A DNA stretch of 64,000 bases, from contig CM059430.1 in NCBI GenBank assembly GCA_030390025.1, positions 137,144,001 through 137,208,000 on the forward strand, in the 5' to 3' direction. The notes below the pieces were generated by a model, which did not search any database, was not told the origin of the DNA, and saw only the letters and a program-made list of their open reading frames with translations. The position numbers and the translations under genes were made by a program. This DNA comes from Squalus acanthias (Eukaryota). Shown one piece after another: positions 1 to 10,920 of this stretch. The stretch's first letter is position 1. Each line of letters starts with the position of its first letter.

Positions 1-559
1 GGACTCGAACTCACAACCTTCATGACTCGGTGCCATCACAGAGCCAAGGCTGACTCAAATTCAAAAGGCAGCTATTGTTGTGTATGTACAAAGGTGCAAC
101 TTGTGATCTCAGTAGCCAAGCTAGCGTTGGTTACAGAAATAACCCACCACAAATAAGCTAGTCCACGCAGGTGGTATAATCTCAAAATAAACCCAGTCTG
201 CACACAGATACAACGTGCACATTTCACAACGTTGCCTTTCCCTGCTCACGCAGGAAGCTTAGTTTCCGTGACTCTGCTTTTCATGTAACTACTTGGCTGA
301 ACTACATACCCCGAAGCGTACTTACTCATTTGTTGGCCTACTGCGATTATGACAACCAGCAATCCAGGTAAGAGCCTCAAAGAAAAAGTGGCAACTGTAT
401 ACAACAGACCTTTCAACAACAAAAAAAGCTACTGAACCAAGGATTGTCCACAGCAAGCTTAGGGAGCCTTTCCTGTGTTTGAATTGTTTGCATCACTCTG
501 TGGGGCAAAGATATAAAGAAAGGGGGATTTTTTTTGAAAAACAGTATGCACTTGCCTGT

Positions 560-790
560 AATAACAACAGAAAATGCTGGAAATGCTCAGCAGGTCAGGC
601 AGCATCCGTGGAGAGAGAAACCGAGTTAACGTTTCAGGTCTGTGACCCTTCGTCAGAACTGGTAAAAGTTAGAGATGTAACAGGTTTTAAGCAGGTGCAG
701 AGGCAGGGAAAGGGGGAGGGGGAGGGAGGAAGGAATTAAAGGCATAGTCTGTGCTAGGATTGAACTCAGGAGAGATAAAATGTTGCAAAT
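560..790 (-). mobile_element. Penelope-like element terminal fragment
   Basis: Minus strand reads CCAGTTCTGACGAAGGGTCACAGACCTGAAACGTTAACTC...GATGCTGCCTGACCTGCTGAGCATTTCCAGCATTTTCTG, a typical elasmobranch PLE terminus. Confidence 0.7.
624..660 (-). ncRNA. Minimal hammerhead ribozyme motif (PLE type)
   Basis: AGUU-CUGACGA-stem II (GGUC/GACC)-GAAAC-GUU-AACU. Stem I AGUU/AACU; palindromic stem III ACGU. Confidence 0.6.
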
Positions 791-954
791 GGAGATGGCA
801 GAATCAGCAACAGCTTGTACTTGCCTGTCATCTGTTGGTGTCCATCCATTGATCTTGCCTAAAGTAGCTGGACTTGCCGATGAGATGAGGCTAATTCGCT
901 CTCACTTATTTAATTGACCCATAATGTTTGTGTGATGTATGCAGTGGGGAAAGC

Positions 955-1420
955 AACAGACTTAGTTGGCAGCACTCTCACCTCAGAGTCAGAAGGTTGT
1001 GAGTTTAAGCCTCACTCCAGAACTTCAGCAAGTAGCCTGGGTTAACGCTTCAACACAGTAACAAGGGAGTGCTGCATTGCTGGAGGTGCTGTCTTTCGAA
1101 TGAGACGTTAGTCTGAGGCGCCCTCTGGCTGTTGCTATGGTTCAGGCCGGTGTAAATGTTCCCATTGCGCTATTCAGAGAAGTAGGGACCTCTCCTCGTG
1201 TCCTGATCAACATGCCTCCCTCAACCATGACATAAAAACATAAATTAGCTGCCGGTTATCTCGTTACTGTTTGTAGGAGTTTGCTGCGAGCAAATATTGG
1301 CTCCTGCAAATTGTCTACATAACAACAGTGACTGCACTTCAAGAGTAATTATTGGATGTGAAGTGCTTTGGGGCCTCCCGAGAATGTGAAAAGCACCATG
1401 TGAAAGCAAATTCTTTCTTC
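955..1420 (+). mobile_element. Deu-domain tRNA SINE (SacSINE1-like), diverged
   Basis: tRNA-like head, Deu core (gtctttcgaatgagacgtta), L2-like tail. Confidence 0.8.
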
Positions 1421-1451
1421 ACCCGCATACCTGCTTTGACACTTGCGTACA

Positions 1452-1885
1452 GTGTCAGCCATGGCTCAGTGGGTAGCACTCTCTTTTGCCTGTGAGCCAG
1501 AAAGTTGTGGGTTCCAGTCCCACTCCAGAGACTTGAGCACAAAAATCTAGGCTGACACTCCAGTGCAGTGCTGGGGAAGTGCTGCACTGTCGGAGGTGCC
1601 GTCTTTCGGATGAGACGTTAAACCGAGGCCCCGTCTGCTCTCTCAGATTGACATAAAAGATTCCATGGTGTTATTTCGAAGAAGAGCAGGGGAGTTCTCC
1701 CCGGTGTCCTGGCCAATATTTATCCCTCAAATCAACATCCTAAACAGATTATCTGGTCATTATCACATTGCTGCTGCGTTTCCTACATTACAACAGTGAC
1801 TGCACTTTGAAAGTACTTCATTGGCTGTAAAGCGCTTTGGGGCATCCGGTGGTCGTGAAAGGCGCTATTTTTAGTCTTTCAAGTC
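1452..1885 (+). mobile_element. SacSINE1-like Deu SINE
   Basis: A box TGGCTCAGTGG, B-box-like GGTTCCAGTCC, Deu core ggaggtgccgtctttcggatgagacgttaaaccgagg, tail gtgaaaggcgctat. Confidence 0.85.
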
Positions 1886-2679
1886 TAGATTGCAAGTCTT
1901 TCTTTACATCATGGAGAAAATCAGTCTCAGTATTCTCCCTTTATCAGGAATGAGAATATGTTGCACCATGGTACTGATGGGAGAAGCTCATACTAATGAG
2001 ATGAGCAAGTGAGTAAACGGAAATACACCTTTGGCCTTGAGCAATTCACGTTATTTAAGGACTTAGGTTGATTTGTTTGACCAGTGAACTGAGTTCAGTA
2101 AATTCCTTGGAATTCAGTGAACTGGATGTCACTAAAACATCAAACTGTATAGAACTGTACTCCCCACTGGCATATCCCAAATAAAGCCTCTATATTTCTT
2201 ACCAACTGCTAACACCAGAAGATAAGTATGATAGTGTTACAGTATAAAGTATGGAACGTGTGTAATTGAGCAGTGCGAATCAAAAGTGTCAGACCATTGG
2301 TAGTGAATAATGATTAATAGGTCAAAAAATCCTACACAATGAACCATATATGGTCCTCTATATTTTTTCTGACCAAGCGTAAGCGTTCCCACAGTTTTGG
2401 AAAGTCAGTCCTGCAGCTGTGACACTTTAGCACCAGACTGTCATCTCGGAGGCCTGCATCTGCACCGACATTTACACTTGAGCCTCTCCCAAGACCTCGT
2501 GTCTGTCTGTGTTGCTGGGTTGCCTGGGGGAAGGGGCCTGGGAGACAGTGACAGCATCAGCCAGCTAGCTTGCCTTTTGCCTTCAACCCCCTGAAAGCAA
2601 CAGGGGTGGCGGGGGGTGGGGGAGGGGGGTGGGTGGCGGGGAAGGACTTCTGATACATTGAGGTCAGCAATATAAAACT

Positions 2680-3290
2680 GGGGGGGGGGAAATTCGGTTG
2701 CTTTGCGCCTCCCGTTAGCGCAACCAGCGCCTGTGCGCGGCGCCACTGACGCCTCCCGCGAAATTCAGCGGGAGGTTAGCGGATAACCGGTAGCGCCCCG
2801 TGGTGCTGCGCCTCCGGCAATGACGTCATCGCCGTGCGCCGCACTCCGCTCGCGCCCCGGCCACGAACTTCGGTAGCGCCCCCTGAGTTACCGTCGGACG
2901 CTATGTCTGACAGGGTCAGGGGGGCGTACGTGCAGCCGGGGTGCCGATAATTAAAGGGGAGGTGCCGGGCAGCCATTTTTGTTGCTGGCCGCCTGCCAGC
3001 ACCTGCCCCCTTTGCTGTCCCCGGCCTCCTATGCAGCCCCCCCCCCCCCCGCGGGTTGCCGGCCGCTCTAAGTCTGGCCGGCACTCCTCTTGAGTGCCAG
3101 ACTCTTTTGCCGGCACTCCAATTCCTGGTGGCCCAGCTGGGCCCCGGGTCACGCTTTGCAAGGCCCCTCCCCTTTAATAAGGAGAGGAAGGCCTGCAGTA
3201 CTTGTGCCGCAGCGCCATATTCACTCACAGCGCCCCAAGACGGAGGGGGAGCGCTTCCAGTAGCGATCGACCGATAACATTTATCACTAC
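2680..3290 (+). mobile_element. CpG-rich Harbinger-type MITE family A, right end missing
   Basis: Begins GGGGGAAATTCGGTTGCTTTGCGCC; colinear with the copies at 4879 and 52927. Confidence 0.75.
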
Positions 3291-3504
3291 GCTACTATTT
3301 AGAAACGTTCCCAAACGAAATTGTGAACCTTTCTCGGCACCAGTCATGACTTTCTCAGGTCTTACAACAACAACAACACTATGGGCTGGATTTTGATACG
3401 GGGCGGGTTGGGGTCGTGTCATCCACTTTTCGTGTTATCCACCCGACTGCAATTGGATGTGGGAGATTGATGCAATTTTCACCTAATTGGGCAATTGAGT
3501 TCCA

Positions 3505-3872
3505 CCATGCCTCGGTTTAACGTCTCATCTGAAAGACGGCACCTCTGACAGTGTAGCACTCCCTCAGTACTGCCAGCCTAGATTTTTGTGCTCAAGTCTC
3601 ATTAGAGTGGGAGTTGAACCCACAATTCTTCTGACTCAGAGACGAGGGTGCTACCAGCTGAGCCACGGCTGACAAGGAGGAGAGAGAGGTAGAGAGGCAG
3701 AGAGGTTTAGGGAAGCAATTCCAGAGCTTAGGGAGCTGAAGGCACGGCCACCAATGGTGTAGCGATTAAGACCAGGGATGCTCAAGAGGCCAGAATTAGA
3801 GGAGCGCAGAGATCCCGGGAGGCGATAGGGCTGGGTGAGATTACAGAGATAGGGAAGGATCAGGCCATGGAG
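3505..3872 (-). mobile_element. Deu SINE 5' part followed by L2 LINE 3' fragment
   Basis: SINE head ends ~3672; minus-strand peptide LRSSNSGLLSIP...IGGRAFS is the L2 ORF2 C-terminus. Confidence 0.75.
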
Positions 3873-4878
3873 CTCATATGCACAGCATGTGTGAAAACTT
3901 GAAGGAATTCGTAAAGTAAAATCACAGTTATTTGCGACAGGGCAAACTTGTTTAGCCAATTTTAGAATCTTACAATCTGTTGACGTGTTCATGACATATT
4001 GTCATATTTCAGTCTTATTGTAGTCCCTGTCCTGATTTACACACGGATAATTGGGATGGTAAAAGGAGAGCGAGCATTTGTTTGGCTTGTGTCTGTGGTG
4101 TTGCAGCCTTTGTGATTCTGCTGTCAATTTGCCCTTCCTGCTAGGCTTGAATCTCGACACTTAAGCGAGATGGTAATGGATGAGAGCAGCCTTATGATTG
4201 CGCTAATAAGTCGCTTATCAAAATTAAAGGACAGTGTAATATAGTCAAGAGCTGGAAGCGCAAATCTTCATGGTGAATGGGAAGCTGTTCTTAATTATGT
4301 AAAAAGGTGCTATGTAAATTAAGGGAATATATTTTTATGCATTCCCCATAAATTTCTGAAAGGATTGTGGCTTTTTTCCCCATAAAATTCACGTTAATTA
4401 CTTTCTACACAATTAACTCAAAAGGTCCATAAATTATTTCTGATCCAGCTTATCAATGAAAACTAAATTACTTTTGATGTTCATGCTATGGTAACAATGT
4501 CCTTTAGAATGCATAAACGTACAGTAAATGCCTAACTGTCCTTAAGTAATTCATGGCGCTCAGCTGCTTGGTCGGGCTCCATTGAGACATGTCTTGCAAC
4601 TTACATTCTCTCTTTCGCTGTGAATCGATCAGTAAAATGATCATTTGTAACAGCAAAGGAAGTGTGGGGTCCGATTTTAAGGTGGTGGGAGGGAGCAGGA
4701 GGAGGAGGCACAAGGCAGCCAGCTCACCCGGCAATTCTGGAAGAAGCAAGGACGGCCGTTTTAAACTTAAGCACCACATTTGAATAATTGAGGTCGGTGT
4801 CCGGCTCGAAAAGAAAGAACTTGCATTTATGTAGCGCCTTTTTAGAACAGGAGAAAAGAAATAATGCAAAAAATGTAC

Positions 4879-5582
4879 GGGGGAAAAATTCGGTTGCTTT
4901 GCGCCTCCCGTTAGCGGGGCGCAAAGCAACTAGCGCCCGGGCGAGGCGCCGCCAATGCCTCCTACGAAATTCGGCGGGAGGTTAGCGGCGGCGGTAACCG
5001 TTAGCGCCCCGCGGTGCTGCGCCGCCGGCGATGACGTCATCGCCGTGCGCAACGCCCCGCTCGCGCCCCAGCCGCGATCTTCGGTATTGGCCCCTGACTT
5101 ACGGCCGGACGCTATGTCAGACAGGGTCAGGGGGGCCTACCTGCGGCCGGGGCCGCGCAAATTAAAGGCGAGGTGCCGGGCTGCCATTTTTGTTGCTGGC
5201 CGCCTGCCAGCACCTGCCCCCCGTTGCCGTCCCCGGCCTCCTCAGCAGACCCTCCGTGGAGTGCCAGCTGCGCTCCGTGAGCCCGGGCTCTTTTGCTGGC
5301 ACTCCGATCCCTGGTGGCCCAGCTGGGCCCCGGGTCGCGCTGCGCAAGGCCCCTCCCCTTTAAGAAGGGGAGGAAGACCTGCAGTACTGCGGCGCAATGT
5401 GCCGCAGCGCCATAGCGCCACGATATTCCCTCGCGGCACCCCATGAGGGAGGCGGGACGCTTCCAGTAGCACCCCGCTTCCCTCTTGGGGCGCTACCGAT
5501 GAATTTCGGCCGCGGGGGCACTAATTTTTTAGCGCCCGGCGAAGTTAGCGCCCCAAAGGGGGCACAGCTCAATTTTTCCCCC
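4879..5582 (+). mobile_element. CpG-rich Harbinger-type MITE family A, full length
   Basis: TIRs GGGGGAAAAATT...AATTTTTCCCCC; flanks TAC/TAT (imperfect 3-bp TSD); many TAGCGCCC subterminal motifs. Confidence 0.8.
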
Positions 5583-5624
5583 TATGTTTCTTATTACAGG
5601 TCCTGAGTTTCTAACAAAACGATA

Positions 5625-6032
5625 GAAAGAAAAAAGAAAGACTTGCATTTATATAGCGCCTTTCACGACCACCGGACATCCCAAGGCACTTTACAGCCAA
5701 TGAAATACTTTTGAAGTGTAGCCACTGTTGTAATGTAGGAAACGTGGCTGCCAATTTGCGCACAGCAAGCTCCCACAAACAGCAATGTGATAAATGACCA
5801 GATAATCTGATTTTAATTCCATGGGTTCTTTTATGTCTACCTGAGAGGGCAGACAGGGCCTGAGTTTAACGTCTCAATCAAAAGATGGCCTCTCTGGCAG
5901 TGCAGCACTCCCTCAGCACTGCACTGGGAGTGTCAGCCTAGATTTTGTGCTCAAGTCTCATAGAGTGGGACCCAAACCCACGGTCCTTCTGAAGCAGAGG
6001 CGAGAGTGCTACCCACTGAGCCACAGCTGACA
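5625..6032 (-). mobile_element. SacSINE1-like Deu SINE
   Basis: Reverse complement of the 1452 element, from (GAAA)n tail to tRNA-like head. Confidence 0.85.
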
Positions 6033-7084
6033 CTGCTTGAAGCCGGAGGGAATGATGTCAAGGCCAGCGAGCGGGAACGTGAGTTCAGGTGGGAGCCAGC
6101 CCCCCACACTAGGGGACCTAAGGGAACGACATAAGGTAAGTCCCAGGGTTGGGGGGGGGGGGGCGGGGAGTCCCAAACAGACGCCAGTGTGGGGAGAGTG
6201 AGAACATAAGAACATAAGAATTAGGAGCAGGAGTAGGTCATACGGCCCCTCGAGCCTGCTCCGCCATTCAATAAGATCGTGGCTGAACTTCAACCTCAAC
6301 TCCACTTTCCCGCCCGATCCCCATATCCCTTGATTCCCCTAGAGTCCAAAAATCTATCTATCCCTCTAGGGAGGGCTGGGGCAAGAGAGGCCCGAGGTTT
6401 GCTTCCTGCTCCTCCGAAGATCAAAATTTTTACTTATCTCGGCATCTTCTGGCTGGCTTCCACTGTGGCTTCTCTGGCGGGTTTGACACCGGGTTGACCT
6501 CTCCCTGAGCCATCGTGTAAACCACCTTGCGGTACCGACGGCGTCATCAGGCCGCGACCTTTACACGAGGCCCCTAACTCGTTCGTCTGCAGTGGGAGCC
6601 TCGGCCGACTTGAAAGTCGATGAAGATAAGATGGCACCGGGCGGGTATGGAGCGACCCCAGGCCGGTAAGTCGACTCGGCCTGACCTCCCCCACGCACCA
6701 TTCCCGCTGTGCGAGGGGGTGGGGTTAAAATCCCGGCACCACGATCTCTCAAGAATTACTCAAGGATAATTCACAGCGTTCATTATACGGCCTTGAGAGC
6801 AGTTATCTACGTCCGGGTTCATTCAATGTTGCACTGCGAAGTAAGTCGTGAACTACTTCATGGAGCTTTCCAAGAAAAATAGGGCAATCAGCAAAAATAT
6901 CCTGTTGCAGCTTTTCACAGATCCATGCTGGTTTAATTCAGCAAAATGACCTTCTCAGTTCTTTCATGGTGCAATGTCCAGCTACTGTCATTCTGTTATA
7001 GGTTTTAAAGCAATACTAAAGGATGGGGGATGCATTATAAATCATTTGCCAGTTTTCAAACAAAAAGTAATACAATGAATGCAA

Positions 7085-8060
7085 AGAAGAAAGAACTTGC
7101 ATTTCTATAGCACCTTTCACGACCTCAGGACGTCCCAAAGCGATTCCCAGCCAATCAAGTACTTTTTTGATGTGTAGTCACTGTTGAAATGTAGGAAACG
7201 CGGCAGGCAATTTGCGCATAGCAAGCTCCCACAAATAGCATTGTGATAATGGCCAGGGAAAATATTTGAAGGAGAAACAATTGCAGGGATGCGGGGAAAG
7301 AGCTGGGGAGTGGGACTAACTGGATTGCTCTTTGAAAGAGCCGGTGCAGACTCGATGGGCCGAATGGCCGCCTTCTGTGCTGCACTACTCTATGATTCTA
7401 TAACAACTTGCATTTATATAGCGCCTTTAATGTAGTAAAATGTCCCATGGCACTTTAGAAGGAGGAGAGGGAGGTAGAGAGGAGGAGAGGTTTAGAGAAG
7501 GAATTCCAGAGCGTGGGACCTCGACGGCTAAAGGCACGGCCGCCAGTGGTGGGGCAAGGGGAGGGGGCGTTGCAGGAGATGTTCAGAATGGGAGGAACAC
7601 AGAGTTGTCAAAGGGCTGCAGGGCTGGAGGAGGTTACAGAGATAGGGAGGGGCGAGATCTAGAAGGAATTCAAACACGAGGATGAGAATTTAAAACTTGA
7701 GGCATTGGCGGACCGGGAGCCAATATAAGTTAGCGAACGTAAGGGTGATGAGTGCTTGGGACTTGGTGCTGGACAGGATACGGGCAGCAGAATTTTAGAA
7801 TGAGCATAAGCTTGTGGAGGGTGGAGAGAATGGGAGGCTGGTCAGGAGAGCATTGGAATAGTCGAGTCCGGAGGTGACAAAAGCATGGCTGAGGGTTTCG
7901 GCAGCAGGTGGGCTGAGGCAGGGGCTATGCTACAGAGGTGGAAGTAGTTTGTGATGGTGAGGATATAGGGTTAAAAGCTCAGCTCGGGGTTAAATAAGGA
8001 CACCGAGGTTGTGAATAATTTGGTTCAACATGAGACAGTGGTCGGGGAGGAGGATGGAAT
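7085..8060. mobile_element. Cluster: SINE tail (-), CR1 tail (+), L2 3' fragment (-)
   Basis: Recognisable tails; L2 minus-strand ORF2 remnant at ~7403-8060. Confidence 0.7.
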
Positions 8061-8187
8061 TTCCTCGATGCAAACACCCGCCAAAGCACCTCAGGGCTAA
8101 TTTGCATAGCTTCCCTGTTCAAGTACAGACAGAAGTTTCTTGTTTAATACATTCGGCAGTGATGTTGTTTGAGGAATAAATATTGGC

Positions 8188-9092
8188 CAGGGCTTGGCCA
8201 TTTAGGAGCGAGACGAGGAGAAATTTCTTCACTCAGAGGGTGGTGAATCTTTGGAATTCTCTACCCCAGAGGGCTGCGGAGGCTCAGTCAGTGAGTATAT
8301 TCAAGACAGAGATCGATAGATTTTTGGATATAATGGGAATCAAGGGATATGGGGATCGGACGGGAAACATAGAAACATAGAAAAATAGGAGCAGGAGTAG
8401 GCCATTCGGCCCTTCGAGCCTGCTCCGCCATTCAATATGATCATGGCTGATCCTCTATCTCAATACCATATTCCCGCTCTCTCCCCATACCCCTTGATGC
8501 CTTTTGTGTCTAGAAATCTATCTATCTCCTTCTTAAATATATTCAGTGACTTGGCCTCCACAGCCTTCTGTGGTAGAGAATTCCACAGGTTCACCACCCT
8601 CTGAGTGAAGAAATTTCTCCTCATCTCAGTCCTAAATGTCCTACCCTGTATCCTGAGACTGTGACCCCTCGTTCTGGACCCACCCAGCCAGGGGAAACAT
8701 CCTCCCTGCATCCAGTCTGTCTAGCCCTGTCAGAATTTTATACGTTTCAATGAGATCCCCTCTCATTCTTCTCAACTCAAGTGAATACAGGCCTAGTTGA
8801 CCCAATCTCTCCTTGTTGATGTAGAAGATCAGCCATGATCTTATTGAATGGCAGAACAGGCTCAAGGGGCCGAATGCCAAGCTCCTGCTCCTAATTCTTA
8901 TGTTCTTATGTTCTAGGACACCCAGGAAGCCGGTGAAGCCAGACAGGTACATGAGGGAGAAAGGAATAGAATATGGTGATAGGGTTAGATGAAGTTAGGT
9001 GGGAGGAGGCTCATGTGGAGCATAAAGGCCGACATAGACCAGTTGGGCCGAATGGCCTGTTCCTGCGCTGTAAACCCTGTGTAATTCTATGT
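8188..9092. mobile_element. Cluster of CR1 LINE 3' ends in both orientations
   Basis: RNFFTQRVVNLWNSLP peptides on + (8183 ORF) and - (8460 ORF), short tandem-repeat tails. Confidence 0.85.
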
Positions 9093-10451
9093 ACAGGATC
9101 GCATACAGGCGAGCATCTTTGCTTTGCACGTGTGAGCCAAGTTCCTATACGGAGCTGCTTTGGTAGCTCAAAGAAGTGTCATAAAGACTAAAAATAAAAT
9201 GTTAATTAAAGTCATTTAAATTAGATTTATATTAAATATTCGTATCAATTTGCCTCTTGTTAAAGGTAATTACATGGTCCCATATTTCTCCCAGTAGCAC
9301 CTTTCTTTTGGTTGGTATTGAGAGAGACAAGGGAAAGAGGAGAGGTGGGGGTTGGGGGCAGGGGGGTGGGGTTCATATCTCGATTAAACTGCTCTGTTTT
9401 GGCAAGCCCACTTAATGTACCCTCTGAATTCAGTTCTGAAGAGACAATCCTCATTAGTGTAGTTATTAGTAATTTCACATGATCGAGAGCAAGCTCACTA
9501 GGGAAGACGAGATGGATCCATGGTTGATGCTGGCCAGTTAATGGGGAAAGGAAGCACATTGAGAAGCTTTCGTGACTCCCCTAGCAAGCCAGTCAGATAA
9601 CAACTTGTCACTTGCAGTCAAGAGATACTCATCAGGGGCTCTTCAAAGATTTCCCCCATCAGTCTTCAGTCAGCGGTTATGACAACGAAAAGAACTCATA
9701 ATTTCCAGAGAATTCCTTGTACTCAGGGATGTGAACGATTGACTTGCCTTCTCAGTCAAGCTAATCATCCAAGCAAGTAACTGGACATACCAATATTAAC
9801 ACAAAGACAAGGACTGACCATACGTACAGGCTAAGTTACGAACATACGAAGCTGACGGGCAGGAAGACAACAGCTGGTCCATCAAGTCTTCCCCACACCA
9901 TGATGGCCGGACCATCATGATTAAATACTCCCTCCTCCTCCTCCCACCTCCCTCTCTTCCCCCGCCCCCCCCCCCGCCACCCCCCCACCCACAGCCATGT
10001 AATCTCCTGGGAGAGGCAAAGAAAAAAACAAATAAAACCCAGGGCCAATAAGGGGGAAAATACTCTGGAGAATTAATCAAATTTACTCCTTTGTGGTTTT
10101 TAATGAACATTACTTATTTCAGATCTTGTTTGAATACCAAAAGTACATCTAACATAACTGCACGATGACCTGTAAATCCTGTGGGCCAACGATCCTGGTC
10201 CTTATGCTGGGGTCAGGCCTACCGGTGACCATTGCCATTCACTCCACCAAAGTATGCTATGTCAGGTGGAGGTCATTTAATTTCATGTAGACATAGGGAT
10301 ACATCTCAGGCACCCGCCAACCCAATGAGGCAGTAAACAGCGGCGTATGGTGGCAGATTTGGGCAGGTCTTCTCGGGTCCCCCCCCCGCCACCCCCCACC
10401 CACCCACCAAAAGAGGATACATGTCATCAGGGGGACGAACGTTATCTTGTA

Positions 10452-10920
10452 ATCATAGAGTCATAGAGTTATAACGGCACAGAAGGAGGCCATTTGACCC
10501 ATCGAGTCCATGACGGCTCTCTGTAGAGCAATCAAGTCAGTCCCAATCACCTGCTCTATCACCGTAGCCCTGCAAGTTTATTTCCCTCAAGTGCCTATCC
10601 AGTCTCCTCTTGAAAACATTGAGTGTCTCCGCTTCCACCACTTCCGTCGGCAGCGAGTTCCACGTCCTCACCACTCGCTGCGTAAAAAAGTTTTTCCTCA
10701 CGTCCCCCCTGTATCTCTTGCCCAATACCTTAAATCTGTGTCCCCTAGTCCTTGTACCATCAACTAGTGGGGACAGCCTTTCCCCCGTCTAGCCTATCCA
10801 AACCCGTCATAATCTTGTACACCTCTATCAAATCACCGCTCAACCTCCTTTGCTCTAATGAAAAGAAATCCAGCTTCTCCAACCTGTCCTTGTAGCTAAG
10901 ATCCCCCATCCCCGGAATCT
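10452..10920 (-). mobile_element. CR1 LINE 3' fragment
   Basis: KNFFTQRVVRTWNSLPTEVVEAET; nearly identical to 18701-19205. Confidence 0.85.

Noticed and set aside
1452-1530. tRNA-like A/B boxes here and in many other copies
   Set aside because: These are SINE heads that continue into the Deu core and LINE tail, not tRNA genes.
2874-2886. CTCF-like CAGGGGGCGCTA in MITE A
   Set aside because: Lacks the upstream CCAC and is not preserved in the other two copies.
2776-5606. Many overlapping GC-rich ORFs resembling a CpG-island gene start
   Set aside because: They lie within repeated MITE copies, and the frames are not preserved between copies.
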